A stretch of DNA of 64,000 nucleotides. Source: an uncultured archaeon (GTDB taxonomy: Archaea > Thermoproteota > Bathyarchaeia > Bathyarchaeales > Bathycorpusculaceae). A program made the position numbers and the translations under genes. The DNA lies in assembly GCA_963782915.1 (NCBI GenBank), contig CAWALK010000012.1, forward strand, positions 160,001 to 224,000. The letters are read 5' to 3'. Positions 10,321 through 20,114 of the stretch are shown piece after piece. Within the stretch, counting starts at the first letter, position 1. Each line of letters starts with the position of its first letter. The notes beneath the pieces are model-generated. The model was not told where the DNA came from. It did no database searches and worked only from the letters and a program-made list of their open reading frames with translations.

Positions 10321-11400
10321 ACTTCCTGAAGCTTCCTGTCCAAAATAACTTTTCCAAACACAAGACGCATGGGCTTTGTAGAAACAGCGGTCTCTATTTT
10401 GAGGGTGCGTCTGCCAACGTTTATGGCACGTAAAACGCCGATGCCCAGAAATTTTGTGCCGCGACCATACAAGCCAACGAGGATGCCTTTTTCTGGTTCC
10501 TGAGTTTTAGGTACTCCGTTGCGTGGCTCCACGATTATTTGGCTAACGGGGATGCATTGGAGTTTGGATTTTTTGAGGTATTTTGCGTAGGTCATTTCAC
10601 GGATGGCTTTGCGTCGTTCTGGAGTTCGTAAACTCAGCGACTCTGAGGGTTCGATGGTTATTACTCCGCCTCCGCCTAAATAGGACATGATGGCTTCGAG
10701 TTCATCTTGCTTTTGAATGCCAACGACTACGTTGGGTTTGAGTTCTTTAATCAACCCTAACTTGTACCTTAATGCTGCGTCGCCGCTGATGAATCCATCA
10801 GTGTTGATGATGATATAGTCAACTTGTTTCTGGTTTAACTCGCTTATCATGCAGGTTAAGCCTTGAATGGTTTTAGCAACCGTGTTAACGGGTGATGTGA
10901 CGCCTACAAAGTAGCCGTTTTGGAACCTTAAATTGCCCAGTTCAGTCACGGGTTTAGGTGCAACTGCATAAGAAACGGTGGCTGAGGGTCCAATGTCTGA
11001 TTGCCCTAAGTCGCCATCTAAAACTGCAACGCTGCGGTTGTTTTCCATGAGTTTGTTTAGCATGTATGTGCAGAAGCTGCTTTTCCCCACATCGGAAGCC
11101 CCTAAAACCATGATGATTACAGGTTTTAGTTCTAATCCCTGTACGGTTTGGATGGGTTTATTCCATGACTGTGGAATTGTGTTGCCTTCAACTTCTGTAA
11201 TAGCTGCATTTGCGCCTAACAGTACATTGAGAACTGCAGGTTTCAGTGGCATAGAACGGTTTGCGTTTATCTTTTCGGATTACTACACGTTGCTCTGCTA
11301 TGAGTGGTTTACCGAATACTTCCACTTTTCCAGACAAGATTTGTACGGATGCTGGACCATCCACCAGTAGAGTTCTATTGGGTTGTACTGTTTGTTGCAA
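10311..11400 (-). CDS. Clp1/Nol9-family polynucleotide 5'-OH kinase (frameshift near 11240)
   Basis: LLVDGPASV N-terminus; GASDVGKS, DGDLGQ, INTDG, R..R...RE motifs. Confidence 0.85.
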
Positions 11401-12025
11401 GTGCTTTCCTCCTAACCAATACGCGTCCAGTCCTGCCAGCTATACGGATAGCGGAAGATATATGCCTAATCTTTCTGCTATGCGCAGTAAGGGGTCGATT
11501 GGTTCCTGCTTCACCCACCACTTCAAACACAACTTCTGCTGGCAAGGCATCGTCGAGGTCTTGGAGTAGCTCTCTATATACAGGTACACCGTTTCCAATC
11601 TTAACCGAAACGCTGGTAACTGAGAAGTTAACGGTCCTTATTATCTTAAGGATACTGTTGACTAATTCGCGGCTGTTATAGCAGTTGCCTTCTTCAATAA
11701 CTTTTCCATCCGCCAACACAACTAACCCAATTGCCACCCCGGGGTCTATGCCGACTAAGATTTTTTCATATGTTTCTTTACCTAAAAGCAGCTTTTTAAC
11801 CTCAACCATTAAACAATCCAACTCAGCCGCATCATGGAAAACAAGCACTTTTCCATACTTTACCTTGTCTTTTTCCTCTTCAGTTGTAATAACCAGTTTA
11901 GCCCGCGGAGGCACAGATTCGCCGGGAATCACACTTACAAAGTTAATGTCGTTTTCTTTGAGCGCGTTAACTATCTGAAAGTAAGCTCTACCCTGCACCG
12001 TTGCAACCGCAACTTTTCCCTTCAT
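11375..12025 (-). CDS. conserved archaeal protein with RNase H-like domain (VGIDPG motif)
   Basis: VGIDPG, KIGNG, E..T, H..SA..IA. Confidence 0.7.
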   Translation of the reverse strand: MKGKVAVATVQGRAYFQIVNALKENDINFVSVIPGESVPPRAKLVITTEEEKDKVKYGKVLVFHDAAELDCLMVEVKKLLLGKETYEKILVGIDPGVAIGLVVLADGKVIEEGNCYNSRELVNSILKIIRTVNFSVTSVSVKIGNGVPVYRELLQDLDDALPAEVVFEVVGEAGTNRPLTAHSRKIRHISSAIRIAGRTGRVLVRRKALATNSTTQ

Positions 12026-12100
12026 AAACCATCCTTAGAGTATACGTTTAAGTGCAAAACAAATTATTATCTTCCAACTAATAATGCTTGACGTGAAAAC

Positions 12101-12790
12101 ATGGCGCAAATCTCGACCGGCTGCAACTGCATCGATGGCAAAATCGGCGGAGGCATCAACCCGGAAACCATCATGCTCATCTACGGCGAACCCGAAACAG
12201 GCAAATCAACCTTTGCCCTGCAATGCGCCGTCCAATGTGCGCTCCAGAAAGGCAAAGTGCTCTACATAGACTGCGACAACACGTTTTCAACCGAACGCCT
12301 CGCCCAAATCGCAGGAAACCGCTTCAGTGAAGTCGCCGAACAAATCGTACTGGTTAAGCCCCGAGATTTCCGCGAACAAACCGCCGTTATTGACCGAATA
12401 GAAGACTATACTGTTAACGTTGGCTTAATCATAGTGGATACTTTCACTTCACTCTACAGCGCAAAAGCCGCAGAATCCCCCAAAGCATACAAAGATAACC
12501 GAGAATTAAACCGCCAACTAGCCCTTTTAGCGCAAACAGTTAAAACCAAAAAAATTCCACTACTCATGACAAGCCAAGTGCGCAGCGTAATAACCGAGCA
12601 ATCCTCAAGCGTTCGCCCCGTGGCAAACAGAGTTCTCAAATTCTGGGCAGACACAATCCTATTTTTAAAACCCACAGAGTATCCGCAAACCCTCAAAGCA
12701 ACAATAGAAAAAACCCCCAACCTTGAAGGCGAAGCAGTATGCTACATACAAATAGGGGAAACAGGAATAACAGATACACAACTCCACTAA
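12101..12790 (+). CDS. radB: RadB-like RecA-family ATPase
   Basis: ISTGC..ID...GGG, GEPETGKS, YID, IIVDT, TSQV; lacks the RadA N-terminal domain. Confidence 0.75.
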   Translation: MAQISTGCNCIDGKIGGGINPETIMLIYGEPETGKSTFALQCAVQCALQKGKVLYIDCDNTFSTERLAQIAGNRFSEVAEQIVLVKPRDFREQTAVIDRIEDYTVNVGLIIVDTFTSLYSAKAAESPKAYKDNRELNRQLALLAQTVKTKKIPLLMTSQVRSVITEQSSSVRPVANRVLKFWADTILFLKPTEYPQTLKATIEKTPNLEGEAVCYIQIGETGITDTQLH

Positions 12791-12808
12791 ACTGCGGTTG
12801 ACCCCCTG

Positions 12809-13327
12809 ATGGATATCGCCCTGCTAATAGTTGAAGCCTTAAAATTCATCTTTCCCGCCTACTGCGCCAACGGCACACCCGTACTCGCCGGAGGAGGCAA
12901 AAAAATGGATTTCGGCAGAAACTTTATCGATGGCAAACGCATCTTCGGCAACAACAAAACTTTTCGGGGTTTCTTCTTCGGCTGGGCAGTCGGCTTCTTG
13001 GTGGGGATACTTGAAGGCTTTATTTTCGGCTTCGAAAACTATCCGGTCCTGTTTAGCATATTGATTCCTTTGGGTGCACTTTTGGGTGATTTGACGGGTG
13101 CATTCATTAAGCGTAGATTAAGCATTCAACCGGGCGGGTTGTTGCCTATTGTGGACCAGATTGACTTCGTTGTTGGCGCTGTGGTGTTTGCGTTGCCGCT
13201 GGCTTTGACTGGTTTGTTTGTGTTGACTTGGCAGGTTGCGGTTGTGGTGTTAGTGATTACTCCGCCGATTCATCTGCTGACTAACTTTGGTGCTTACAAG
13301 TTAAAGTTGAAGAAGCATCCCTGGTAG
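12809..13327 (+). CDS. carS: CDP-archaeol synthase
   Basis: PAY.AN..PV, D.G....DGKRIFG.NKT.RG, GDL.GAFIKRR, DQ.DF. Confidence 0.92.
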   Translation: MDIALLIVEALKFIFPAYCANGTPVLAGGGKKMDFGRNFIDGKRIFGNNKTFRGFFFGWAVGFLVGILEGFIFGFENYPVLFSILIPLGALLGDLTGAFIKRRLSIQPGGLLPIVDQIDFVVGAVVFALPLALTGLFVLTWQVAVVVLVITPPIHLLTNFGAYKLKLKKHPW

Positions 13328-13437
13328 AACTAATGCCTAACTGAAAAAATACTTGTTACAGTTTAGCTATGTGCGATAGTACTGTAAAGTTAAAACGCAA
13401 AAATTAAGTTATTAAAAAATAAAAGAAAAGAAAACTT

Positions 13438-13857
13438 TTAACCGGATTTAATTATAACCGCGGTTTCAAGGAACAGATACGATAACAGCACAAATGTGAC
13501 ACCGATAACCAGAAGCATGTAAGCTTGTCTTGGTTTATAGGCGCTCTTTGTACTCTGATAGATTGAAAGTAAACCTACGAAACCCATCACATAGAGTGTC
13601 ACGGATATGATTGTATCAGAGACGAATTGAGAGCTTAATCCCGTGGGATCAAGGAAATAGAATTTGCTTCCGTCATAATATGATGGAATGGGCTTTTCTA
13701 TTAATGTGTATAAGCCGCCTCCGAAGAGGAAAATCGCGTAAGAAAGACCCAATATTGTGATCACGGTTAATGCAGGTGCGTTAGTTGATAATCTACGGAA
13801 CCATCGGCTAAGCGAGAACGACATGTTTTCGGAGCTCTTCTTTATTTTTCCAGACAT
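13438..13857 (-). CDS. 3-TM protein resembling OSTC/DC2 (OST3/OST6 family) oligosaccharyltransferase accessory subunit
   Basis: FLFGGGLY...P, F.....SSQF..D, L..MGF.GL, LL.IG..FVLLSY pattern and topology. Confidence 0.6.
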   Translation of the reverse strand: MSGKIKKSSENMSFSLSRWFRRLSTNAPALTVITILGLSYAIFLFGGGLYTLIEKPIPSYYDGSKFYFLDPTGLSSQFVSDTIISVTLYVMGFVGLLSIYQSTKSAYKPRQAYMLLVIGVTFVLLSYLFLETAVIIKSG

Positions 13858-14072
13858 TCCTGTTCCTCTTCCTCAATTAGATGCTTTGCTACTTCTTTAG
13901 CCCATAATCCAGTTAATGAATTTTTCTGAATCTCACCTAAATAATCCGTCCAAGATAGGGGAGATGCCTTCTGCCACGCCTTGAATTTTTCCAGTACATT
14001 CTGGTATGCCCTTAAATGAAGCGGGCAGAAACCGTTTTCTTCTGCTTCTCTTGGACAAATCTTGCACTTCAA
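13842..14072 (-). CDS. small conserved Zn-binding protein (CxxC...CxxH)
   Basis: KCKIC...GFCPLH..AY..V...F..W, TG.WAKEVA; TTG start overlaps the topA stop. Confidence 0.7.
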   Translation of the reverse strand: MKCKICPREAEENGFCPLHLRAYQNVLEKFKAWQKASPLSWTDYLGEIQKNSLTGLWAKEVAKHLIEEEEQECLEK

Positions 14073-16141
14073 GGTTTTACTGCTCCTTTGGTTGGGCATT
14101 TTGGGTTTAAACATAACCGCCAAGGCTTCCTACCCCGCATATACACAGCCACTATCGGTGCATGGCAGCTTATGCAGGCATTCGCTAACGGTTTAACTAT
14201 GCCTGTCTGCGGCAGGGGATATGCTGTGTTGCATTTGCCGTTGAAGTAGTTGGTGCAGCCTACAAAACGTTTTCCTGACTTCTTAGAAGTAATAATAATG
14301 AGTTGGCCCCCGCAAGTGGGACATATTCCGACCGTTTTCTCCTCCAATCTCCCGCGTTGCAATGCTTGGCTTAACTGGGCACCGATCGCGGCTTCTTTAC
14401 TTTTCAATTCAGCCGTAACTAGCGTCAGCGTTTCTGTGGCATTCTTCAATACATTCTGCTTGGTTTCTTTGCCTTCTTGGATAGCCTGCATCCTCTCCTC
14501 CAAACCCCTTGTCATCTCCGAAGAAACCACAACAGGACAATACTTCACAAGAACCTCCGTAACTTCAAAGCCCAAATCACTCACCGACAAGCTGTCTGTT
14601 CCCTGCAAATACTTCCGATCCTGCAGCGTTTCTATGGTTGATGCCCGAGTGGCTTTTGTTCCGATTTCTTCTTTCTCCATTTTTAGCAGCAAACTGCGGG
14701 GATTATATCGTGGAGGAGGCTGCGTGAAATGCTCTTTTAATGAAACCCGTTTCACTTCAACAGGCTGGCCCTCAGTTAGAGGCGGTAAAGTGTCATCCTT
14801 CACTTGAACATATGGTCGATAATACTTGAACCAGCCCTCCATCAATGTGCGTGCTAAGCTGAAGCGGAAGGGGTTGCCGTTGAGGCCGATGGTTACGTTG
14901 ATGCTTTGGCGTATGGCTGGTTCACCGAAAACAGCTAAAAACCGCTTAATTACTAGGTCGAAGAGGTTTTTTGATGCGGTATCTAGGGGTTTTTGCGGTA
15001 AATTTCCTGTTGGGTAGATTGCTGGGTGTGCGGGGTCGCTTTTTTTGCCTTCGTTTGGCTTTAGATTGGGTTTTGCGAGGAGTTCTATGGTGTGTTTTGT
15101 GTAGTTTGGTGCTTTGCCTAGTTTTTTGAGTATATTTTTGTAGCCGATTGTAGGCGGCAGTTTTTGGCTGCTTGTTCGTGGATAAGAAATCAGGGCGTCG
15201 ATGTAGAGGTGCTGAAGAATAGTGGAGGTACGCATGGGTGTGTAGCGGAATAGTTTGTAGGCTTCGCTCTGGAGGCTTCCAAGGTCAAAAGGCACAGGCG
15301 GATTCACCCCGAATTCGCTTACATTTACTGACTCTATTTTGCCCTCTTTGGTTTTAGCGGCTTCTTTTAGCGCTGTTGCTTCAGCATGGGTCTCGAGGGT
15401 TTTTTCATATTGCACATCAAATATTGTGCCATTTATGGTTATTTTCGCGGTTAAACTCCAGTACGGCGTGGGAACGAAGCATTGGATGTCTTTTTCTCGT
15501 TCCTCCAAAAACCGAAGTGTGGGTCCCTGTACCCTGCCAGTGCTCAATGTAGCGTATTGTCCGCTGCTGTTTTTTGCGGCTTGAGTGAGCGCCCGAGACA
15601 GGTTTATTCCGTAGAGCCAATCAACTTCATGTCGAGTTAACCCTGCTTCCACGAGTGCAAAATCGAGTTTAGGCAGCAAATGCCCATAGGATTCTTGCAG
15701 TTCCTCCGTTGTTAAGGTGGAGTATTTCATCCGTTTGGCTTCTTGCTGTTTTTCTCCGCATGCATATTTCAGAATACTGTAACCTATTATGCTGCCTTCA
15801 ATGTCGTAGTCGCAGCCATCAACAAACCCTGAGGCGTCTTTTGCTAATTCAGAGATAACTTTTAGCCAAACCCGAATCCTCGATGCCTTCCGTTCTGCTA
15901 GATATCGTGGTACCCATTGGTAATCAAATACGGGGTAATCCCGTTTGCCCTTCTGTTTGCTTGTGATTGTGTAGAGGTGCCCCAATGCCGGAACAACAAC
16001 TATTTCTCCGTCTCGATAAGCCTGATAGTAGGGGACACCGTTTGAGAGGATTTTTTGGGGTTTTCCTTCTTTGTCTAGGGCGGTGGCTATTCGGTTTGCT
16101 GCATCGGGTTTTTCTGTGATGATTAGGGTGTATTTTTGCAA
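14069..16141 (-). CDS. topA: DNA topoisomerase IA with C-terminal Zn ribbons
   Basis: ITEKP, GHL, DYDIEG, GRVQ, SYPRT (catalytic Tyr), AHPAI.PT, GTKATR. Confidence 0.95.
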   Translation of the reverse strand: MQKYTLIITEKPDAANRIATALDKEGKPQKILSNGVPYYQAYRDGEIVVVPALGHLYTITSKQKGKRDYPVFDYQWVPRYLAERKASRIRVWLKVISELAKDASGFVDGCDYDIEGSIIGYSILKYACGEKQQEAKRMKYSTLTTEELQESYGHLLPKLDFALVEAGLTRHEVDWLYGINLSRALTQAAKNSSGQYATLSTGRVQGPTLRFLEEREKDIQCFVPTPYWSLTAKITINGTIFDVQYEKTLETHAEATALKEAAKTKEGKIESVNVSEFGVNPPVPFDLGSLQSEAYKLFRYTPMRTSTILQHLYIDALISYPRTSSQKLPPTIGYKNILKKLGKAPNYTKHTIELLAKPNLKPNEGKKSDPAHPAIYPTGNLPQKPLDTASKNLFDLVIKRFLAVFGEPAIRQSINVTIGLNGNPFRFSLARTLMEGWFKYYRPYVQVKDDTLPPLTEGQPVEVKRVSLKEHFTQPPPRYNPRSLLLKMEKEEIGTKATRASTIETLQDRKYLQGTDSLSVSDLGFEVTEVLVKYCPVVVSSEMTRGLEERMQAIQEGKETKQNVLKNATETLTLVTAELKSKEAAIGAQLSQALQRGRLEEKTVGICPTCGGQLIIITSKKSGKRFVGCTNYFNGKCNTAYPLPQTGIVKPLANACISCHAPIVAVYMRGRKPWRLCLNPKCPTKGAVKP

Positions 16142-16277
16142 CCGCTTCTCTACCTAGCTGACATTCAGAAACTGAATTGTCAATTAAAAGCTTTACAGTA
16201 CATGCTAAGCGAGTTAGAGCTTAAAGTTTTTAGCAACTAATAAATACGCCATACAGAATAAATATGCGGGGAATTTG

Positions 16278-16454
16278 ATGCCGCAACGAGTCATTTGTCA
16301 CGGTTGTCAACATATTTTGTATGAGGGCGCTGAACTCAAGCCTCCGGATGAAGTTATTCAGGACTGTGGGGGAAAATGCCCAAAATGTGGCAGAAAACTT
16401 TCATTGTTGCCCCTTGACGTTGAAGTTAAACCTATTATTAAACCCCGTAAGTAA
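16278..16454 (+). CDS. small zinc-ribbon protein (58 aa, not in ORF track)
   Basis: MPQRVICHGC...GKCPKCGRKLS; TATA-like TAAATA upstream. Confidence 0.8.
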   Translation: MPQRVICHGCQHILYEGAELKPPDEVIQDCGGKCPKCGRKLSLLPLDVEVKPIIKPRK

Positions 16455-16774
16455 ATATTGAAAACAACGGGTTCCTTCTGTTTTAATTTGTATAGCGCTT
16501 TGTGAAAATGGATTTGATGCCCAAAAGCAAGTTTATCCTCATAATCGGTTACTTGCGCAAAAGTGGGTTTTAGAATATTTTAGTATCAACTTTGTTTAGT
16601 TTCGATTGTATATCTCCAAGGAACAGTTAGGATGGACACTTTTTAAACAAAATACCCCTGCCTAAACAATTACAAATGTTAGAGCCGATTTGGGTCAGGT
16701 TTGGAAAGCCATAAATAAATCTCCAATGTGTAAAATAGTACAATCGCAATATACATGGAAAGAGATGGCTTAAA

Positions 16775-19037
16775 GTGGGGGAAACAGTTAAGGAACGTCT
16801 TGGCAAAAGCCTATCAGTTTTTAACAGGTTTGGTATACAGGTAAGCCACGGTACAATCATTGCCACCGCAGCATTACTTTTGATCCTCTTCGTAGCGTTT
16901 ACCATACGCATATTACCGCTCCGTTGGGAAAACCTCTCGGCAGGTACATCATTACTCAACGAGTTTGACCCCTACTACCAGTTGAGTATTACTCAGCATA
17001 TGCTAAGCAACGGGTTACTTTCACCCTACACTGAGCCCTGGATTAACGCCATGAAATGGTTCCCAGATGGCTTAGACATGTCTACTTCACTTCCGTCTCT
17101 ACCAATGACGGCTGCTGTACTATTCAGTATAGCCTCAGTTTTCGGTAAAATCGATTTAATGACTTTCGCTGCCATAATGCCAGCATTCATGGCTGTCATC
17201 GCATGTTTGGTGCTTTACTTCGTAGGCAAAGACATGGGCGGCAGAACAGTCGGTTTATTCTCAGCCCTATTCCTCGCGTTAGCGCCCTCATTCTTACAGA
17301 GAAGCTCATTGGGCTTCTTCGACACAGAAATCCCCGGTGTCGTCGGGTTAGTATTGTTCATTTTCCTATTCATGCGCTCCATGGATGGTGGCCGTTCACT
17401 TAAAGCATCATTATTCTATGCAGTTGGCGCCGGTTTATCTTTGGCGTACTTCATCGCCGGTTGGGGTGCAGCATACTATGTCATTGGTTTAGCATCCCTC
17501 TTCGTCTTTGTACTGGTTATGCTCAAGCGGTACAACCCAAGAATGCTCGTTAACTACAGCATAATCTTCGGCATTGCACTCATGATCGGAACCAAGGTTC
17601 CTTATCTAGGCCTGAATTATCTGACTTCAGCTGCAATCCTTCCAGTAGCGGCAGTATTCCTCGTGCTAATAATAGCCGAACTCCTGCGAAACAACATCTC
17701 AATCAGAAGCAAAATGACCATGGCAATCGCCGCATTAGTAGTAATAGTCGGCGGCTTCACTGCTCTATGGGCAACCGGTTCACTTAGCAGCCTCGCAGGC
17801 AAATTCGTATCAGTAGTCGACCCCTTCATCAGGTCAGCTTCACCACTCATCGATTCAGTAGCTGAACAGAGAATCTCTGCATGGGGCAACCTCTACATCG
17901 AATTAGGCATAAGCATACTATTCTTCCTCGTCGGTCTCTACTTCACACTGCGAAACCCAACCAACAGAAACGTCTTCCTGTTACTCTTCGCGGCAACCTC
18001 ACTATACTTCGCAACTTCAATGGTGCGTCTACTCGTACTCTTCGCGCCAGCATTCGCAATAATCGCAGCCATCGGCATAATGGGTTCAATAAAACCATTC
18101 TTTGCCCTACTAAAAGAGGCACCACACACCCTTGCGAAGTCCAAACGCAGAATGCCACGGGTAAGCAAAGAATACAGCGGCATCGCACTGCTAGTAATAT
18201 TCATGATGCTCGTGTCAAGCTTTGCCTTCTCACCCCAAACAGGCGGCACACCAAGAGCAGTAACACAAGCATACGTGCCTACTGCAATCAGTGCTTCAAG
18301 TCTTCCTTTGGGCGGAAACGGCCTTAACACTAACGTTCCAGCATGGCTCGACGCGATAAATTGGTTCCATCAGAATTCGAAGCCATCAGAAGTTACCGTC
18401 ATGTGGTGGGACTACGGAAACTGGTTAAGTGACCTTGGAAACGTAACGTCCATGGCAGATAACACTACAGTTAACAGTACAAAGATCGCTGACGTAGGCT
18501 TCGCAATGATGGCCAACGAGAACCAGAGTTTAGCTTTGCTCTCAAAGTACGGTCAAGACCGCGTCAAGTACATCGCTGTCTTCACAGTCCTCGGAATCGG
18601 TACAAGCAACGGCCAAACTGTTTTGTATCCAGCAGGCTTCGGCGACGAAGGCAAATGGGTCTGGATGGCAAGAATTTCAGGACAAATGCCTCAAAGATAC
18701 GTTGACATGGGCTTGATCAGTGCAGCCGACATGTGGACTAACGAAACATCATTCGGCGCAATATAACCAAAATCAATGGCAATGGAACGACCGCGGAATG
18801 AACAGCACAGTCGAAGAACTCATGTACTATGCCCAAGCCAAATATGCCGAAACAATAAATGCGCAAGGCCAATACCAACTCCAAATGGACCACACAGCCT
18901 CAATGCCCACATACTTCAAAGAAGCATACTTAGCAGGCCTAAACATAGCACCAAACCAATTCAGCGGATTAATCCCAATAGTAGCAATCTACAAGATTGA
19001 TTGGGCAGCATACAACGCAGCAAACGGCATAAGTTAA
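16775..19037 (+). CDS. aglB: oligosaccharyltransferase AglB/STT3 (frameshift near 18760)
   Basis: EFDPYY, GFFDTE, SVAE, WWDYG, DNTT, DEGK..WM.RI; multi-TM. Confidence 0.93.
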
Positions 19038-19053
19038 GCAGGAAGCGGCTCGA

Positions 19054-19917
19054 GTGTTCCCAAAGGTTCCCGACCAACATAAAGTTGGTCGACCCTTAAT
19101 CCCCAACGGTTTAGGCGTTTTTTACGTCCTATTCACCACCGTTTATCTTTTCTTGGTTTATTTCCTCCAGCGCGGTCCTGGGTCTGAACCTGTCTCCGCA
19201 GCTTTCACCCTTGCTGCATGTGTCTTGTTCGGCGGCTTCATGGGCATGATGGATGACTGGATAGACCTAAAATGGCGCTACAAAGCCTTCATGCCGTTGA
19301 TTGCGGCGTTACCATTGATTTACTATGCACAAGTGTTTGGCGCCAGAACCAGCATTTCAGTTCCCTTTGTTGGAACAATCGATTTCGGCGCAGCCTACTT
19401 CTTCATAATAATTCCTTTAATCGTTATGATAGTAACAAACACCGTTAACCAGTTAGGTGGCTTAAACGGGTTAGAATCAGTTTGCCCCGCCATAGTCATC
19501 GCGGGGTTAATGATTTTCTCGCCGAACTGGCTTCTCATGCTTGGACCACTGCTATTCTGGATAGTGCTCGCCGCCCTAAACGTTTCCGGAAAAATCTTTG
19601 TAGGCAACACAGGCTCCTTTGCCATAGGCATGACTATTGCTTCCTTCGCGATTATTTCCGACATGAAAGTTAACCTGATCATTTCGATTATACCCTTCAT
19701 ATTCAATTCAGCGATTATTCTGCTCTCAGTTTTCTTTGTGCACAAAAAAGCAGCCGTAACCTTCGATGGAAAGAAACTGTGCTCGGATAGCCGAAAAAGC
19801 TTAGTAACGATCATAACGTATCATCGGCCGTTAACTGAGCGCCAAGTTGTAATCGTCATCTCCTGCATAGTGGCAGTGTTCGCATTGATGGGTTTGCTGA
19901 TTCAGGTATTATCTTAG
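19054..19917 (+). CDS. aglH: UDP-GlcNAc:dolichyl-phosphate GlcNAc-1-phosphotransferase (AglH/Alg7, MraY family)
   Basis: D.HK...P.IP, GMMDD..DL.WR.K, N.VN.L.GLNGLE, FVGN.G; N-terminus may be truncated. Confidence 0.8.
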   Translation: MFPKVPDQHKVGRPLIPNGLGVFYVLFTTVYLFLVYFLQRGPGSEPVSAAFTLAACVLFGGFMGMMDDWIDLKWRYKAFMPLIAALPLIYYAQVFGARTSISVPFVGTIDFGAAYFFIIIPLIVMIVTNTVNQLGGLNGLESVCPAIVIAGLMIFSPNWLLMLGPLLFWIVLAALNVSGKIFVGNTGSFAIGMTIASFAIISDMKVNLIISIIPFIFNSAIILLSVFFVHKKAAVTFDGKKLCSDSRKSLVTIITYHRPLTERQVVIVISCIVAVFALMGLLIQVLS

Positions 19918-19946
19918 TTTTTGCAGTGTCCCCCGAAAGGAAAGGG

Positions 19947-20069
19947 GTGTTCCTATCAAACCAACCCATCAACACAGCCGTTACCTTTGGCATATCCGTC
20001 GTCGTAATCTCGACGGCTCTACTTGTTTGCTTCAAGAAGTACCAAAAAAGCAGAAAAATTAACCTTTGA
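19947..20069 (+). CDS. putative 40-aa single-TM peptide or orphan C-terminal anchor
   Basis: GTG start after GGAAAGGG; FGISVVVISTALLVCFKKYQK. Confidence 0.35.
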   Translation: MFLSNQPINTAVTFGISVVVISTALLVCFKKYQKSRKINL

Positions 20070-20070
20070 C

Positions 20071-20107
20071 CCTTTAAATAAGGGGAGGGGAGGTCTCTCT
20101 GAGCAAT
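20071..20107. repeat. dispersed repeat family B copy
   Basis: reverse complement TTGCTCAGAGAGACCTCCCCTCCCCTTATTTAAAGG matches 32503-32538. Confidence 0.8.
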
Positions 20108-20114
20108 CGCGTGG

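Noticed and set aside
14250-14807. Long antisense ORFs within topA, rrp42, the PaaK-like gene and the aminotransferase
   Set aside because: They fully overlap well-supported genes on the opposite strand and arise from codon bias.
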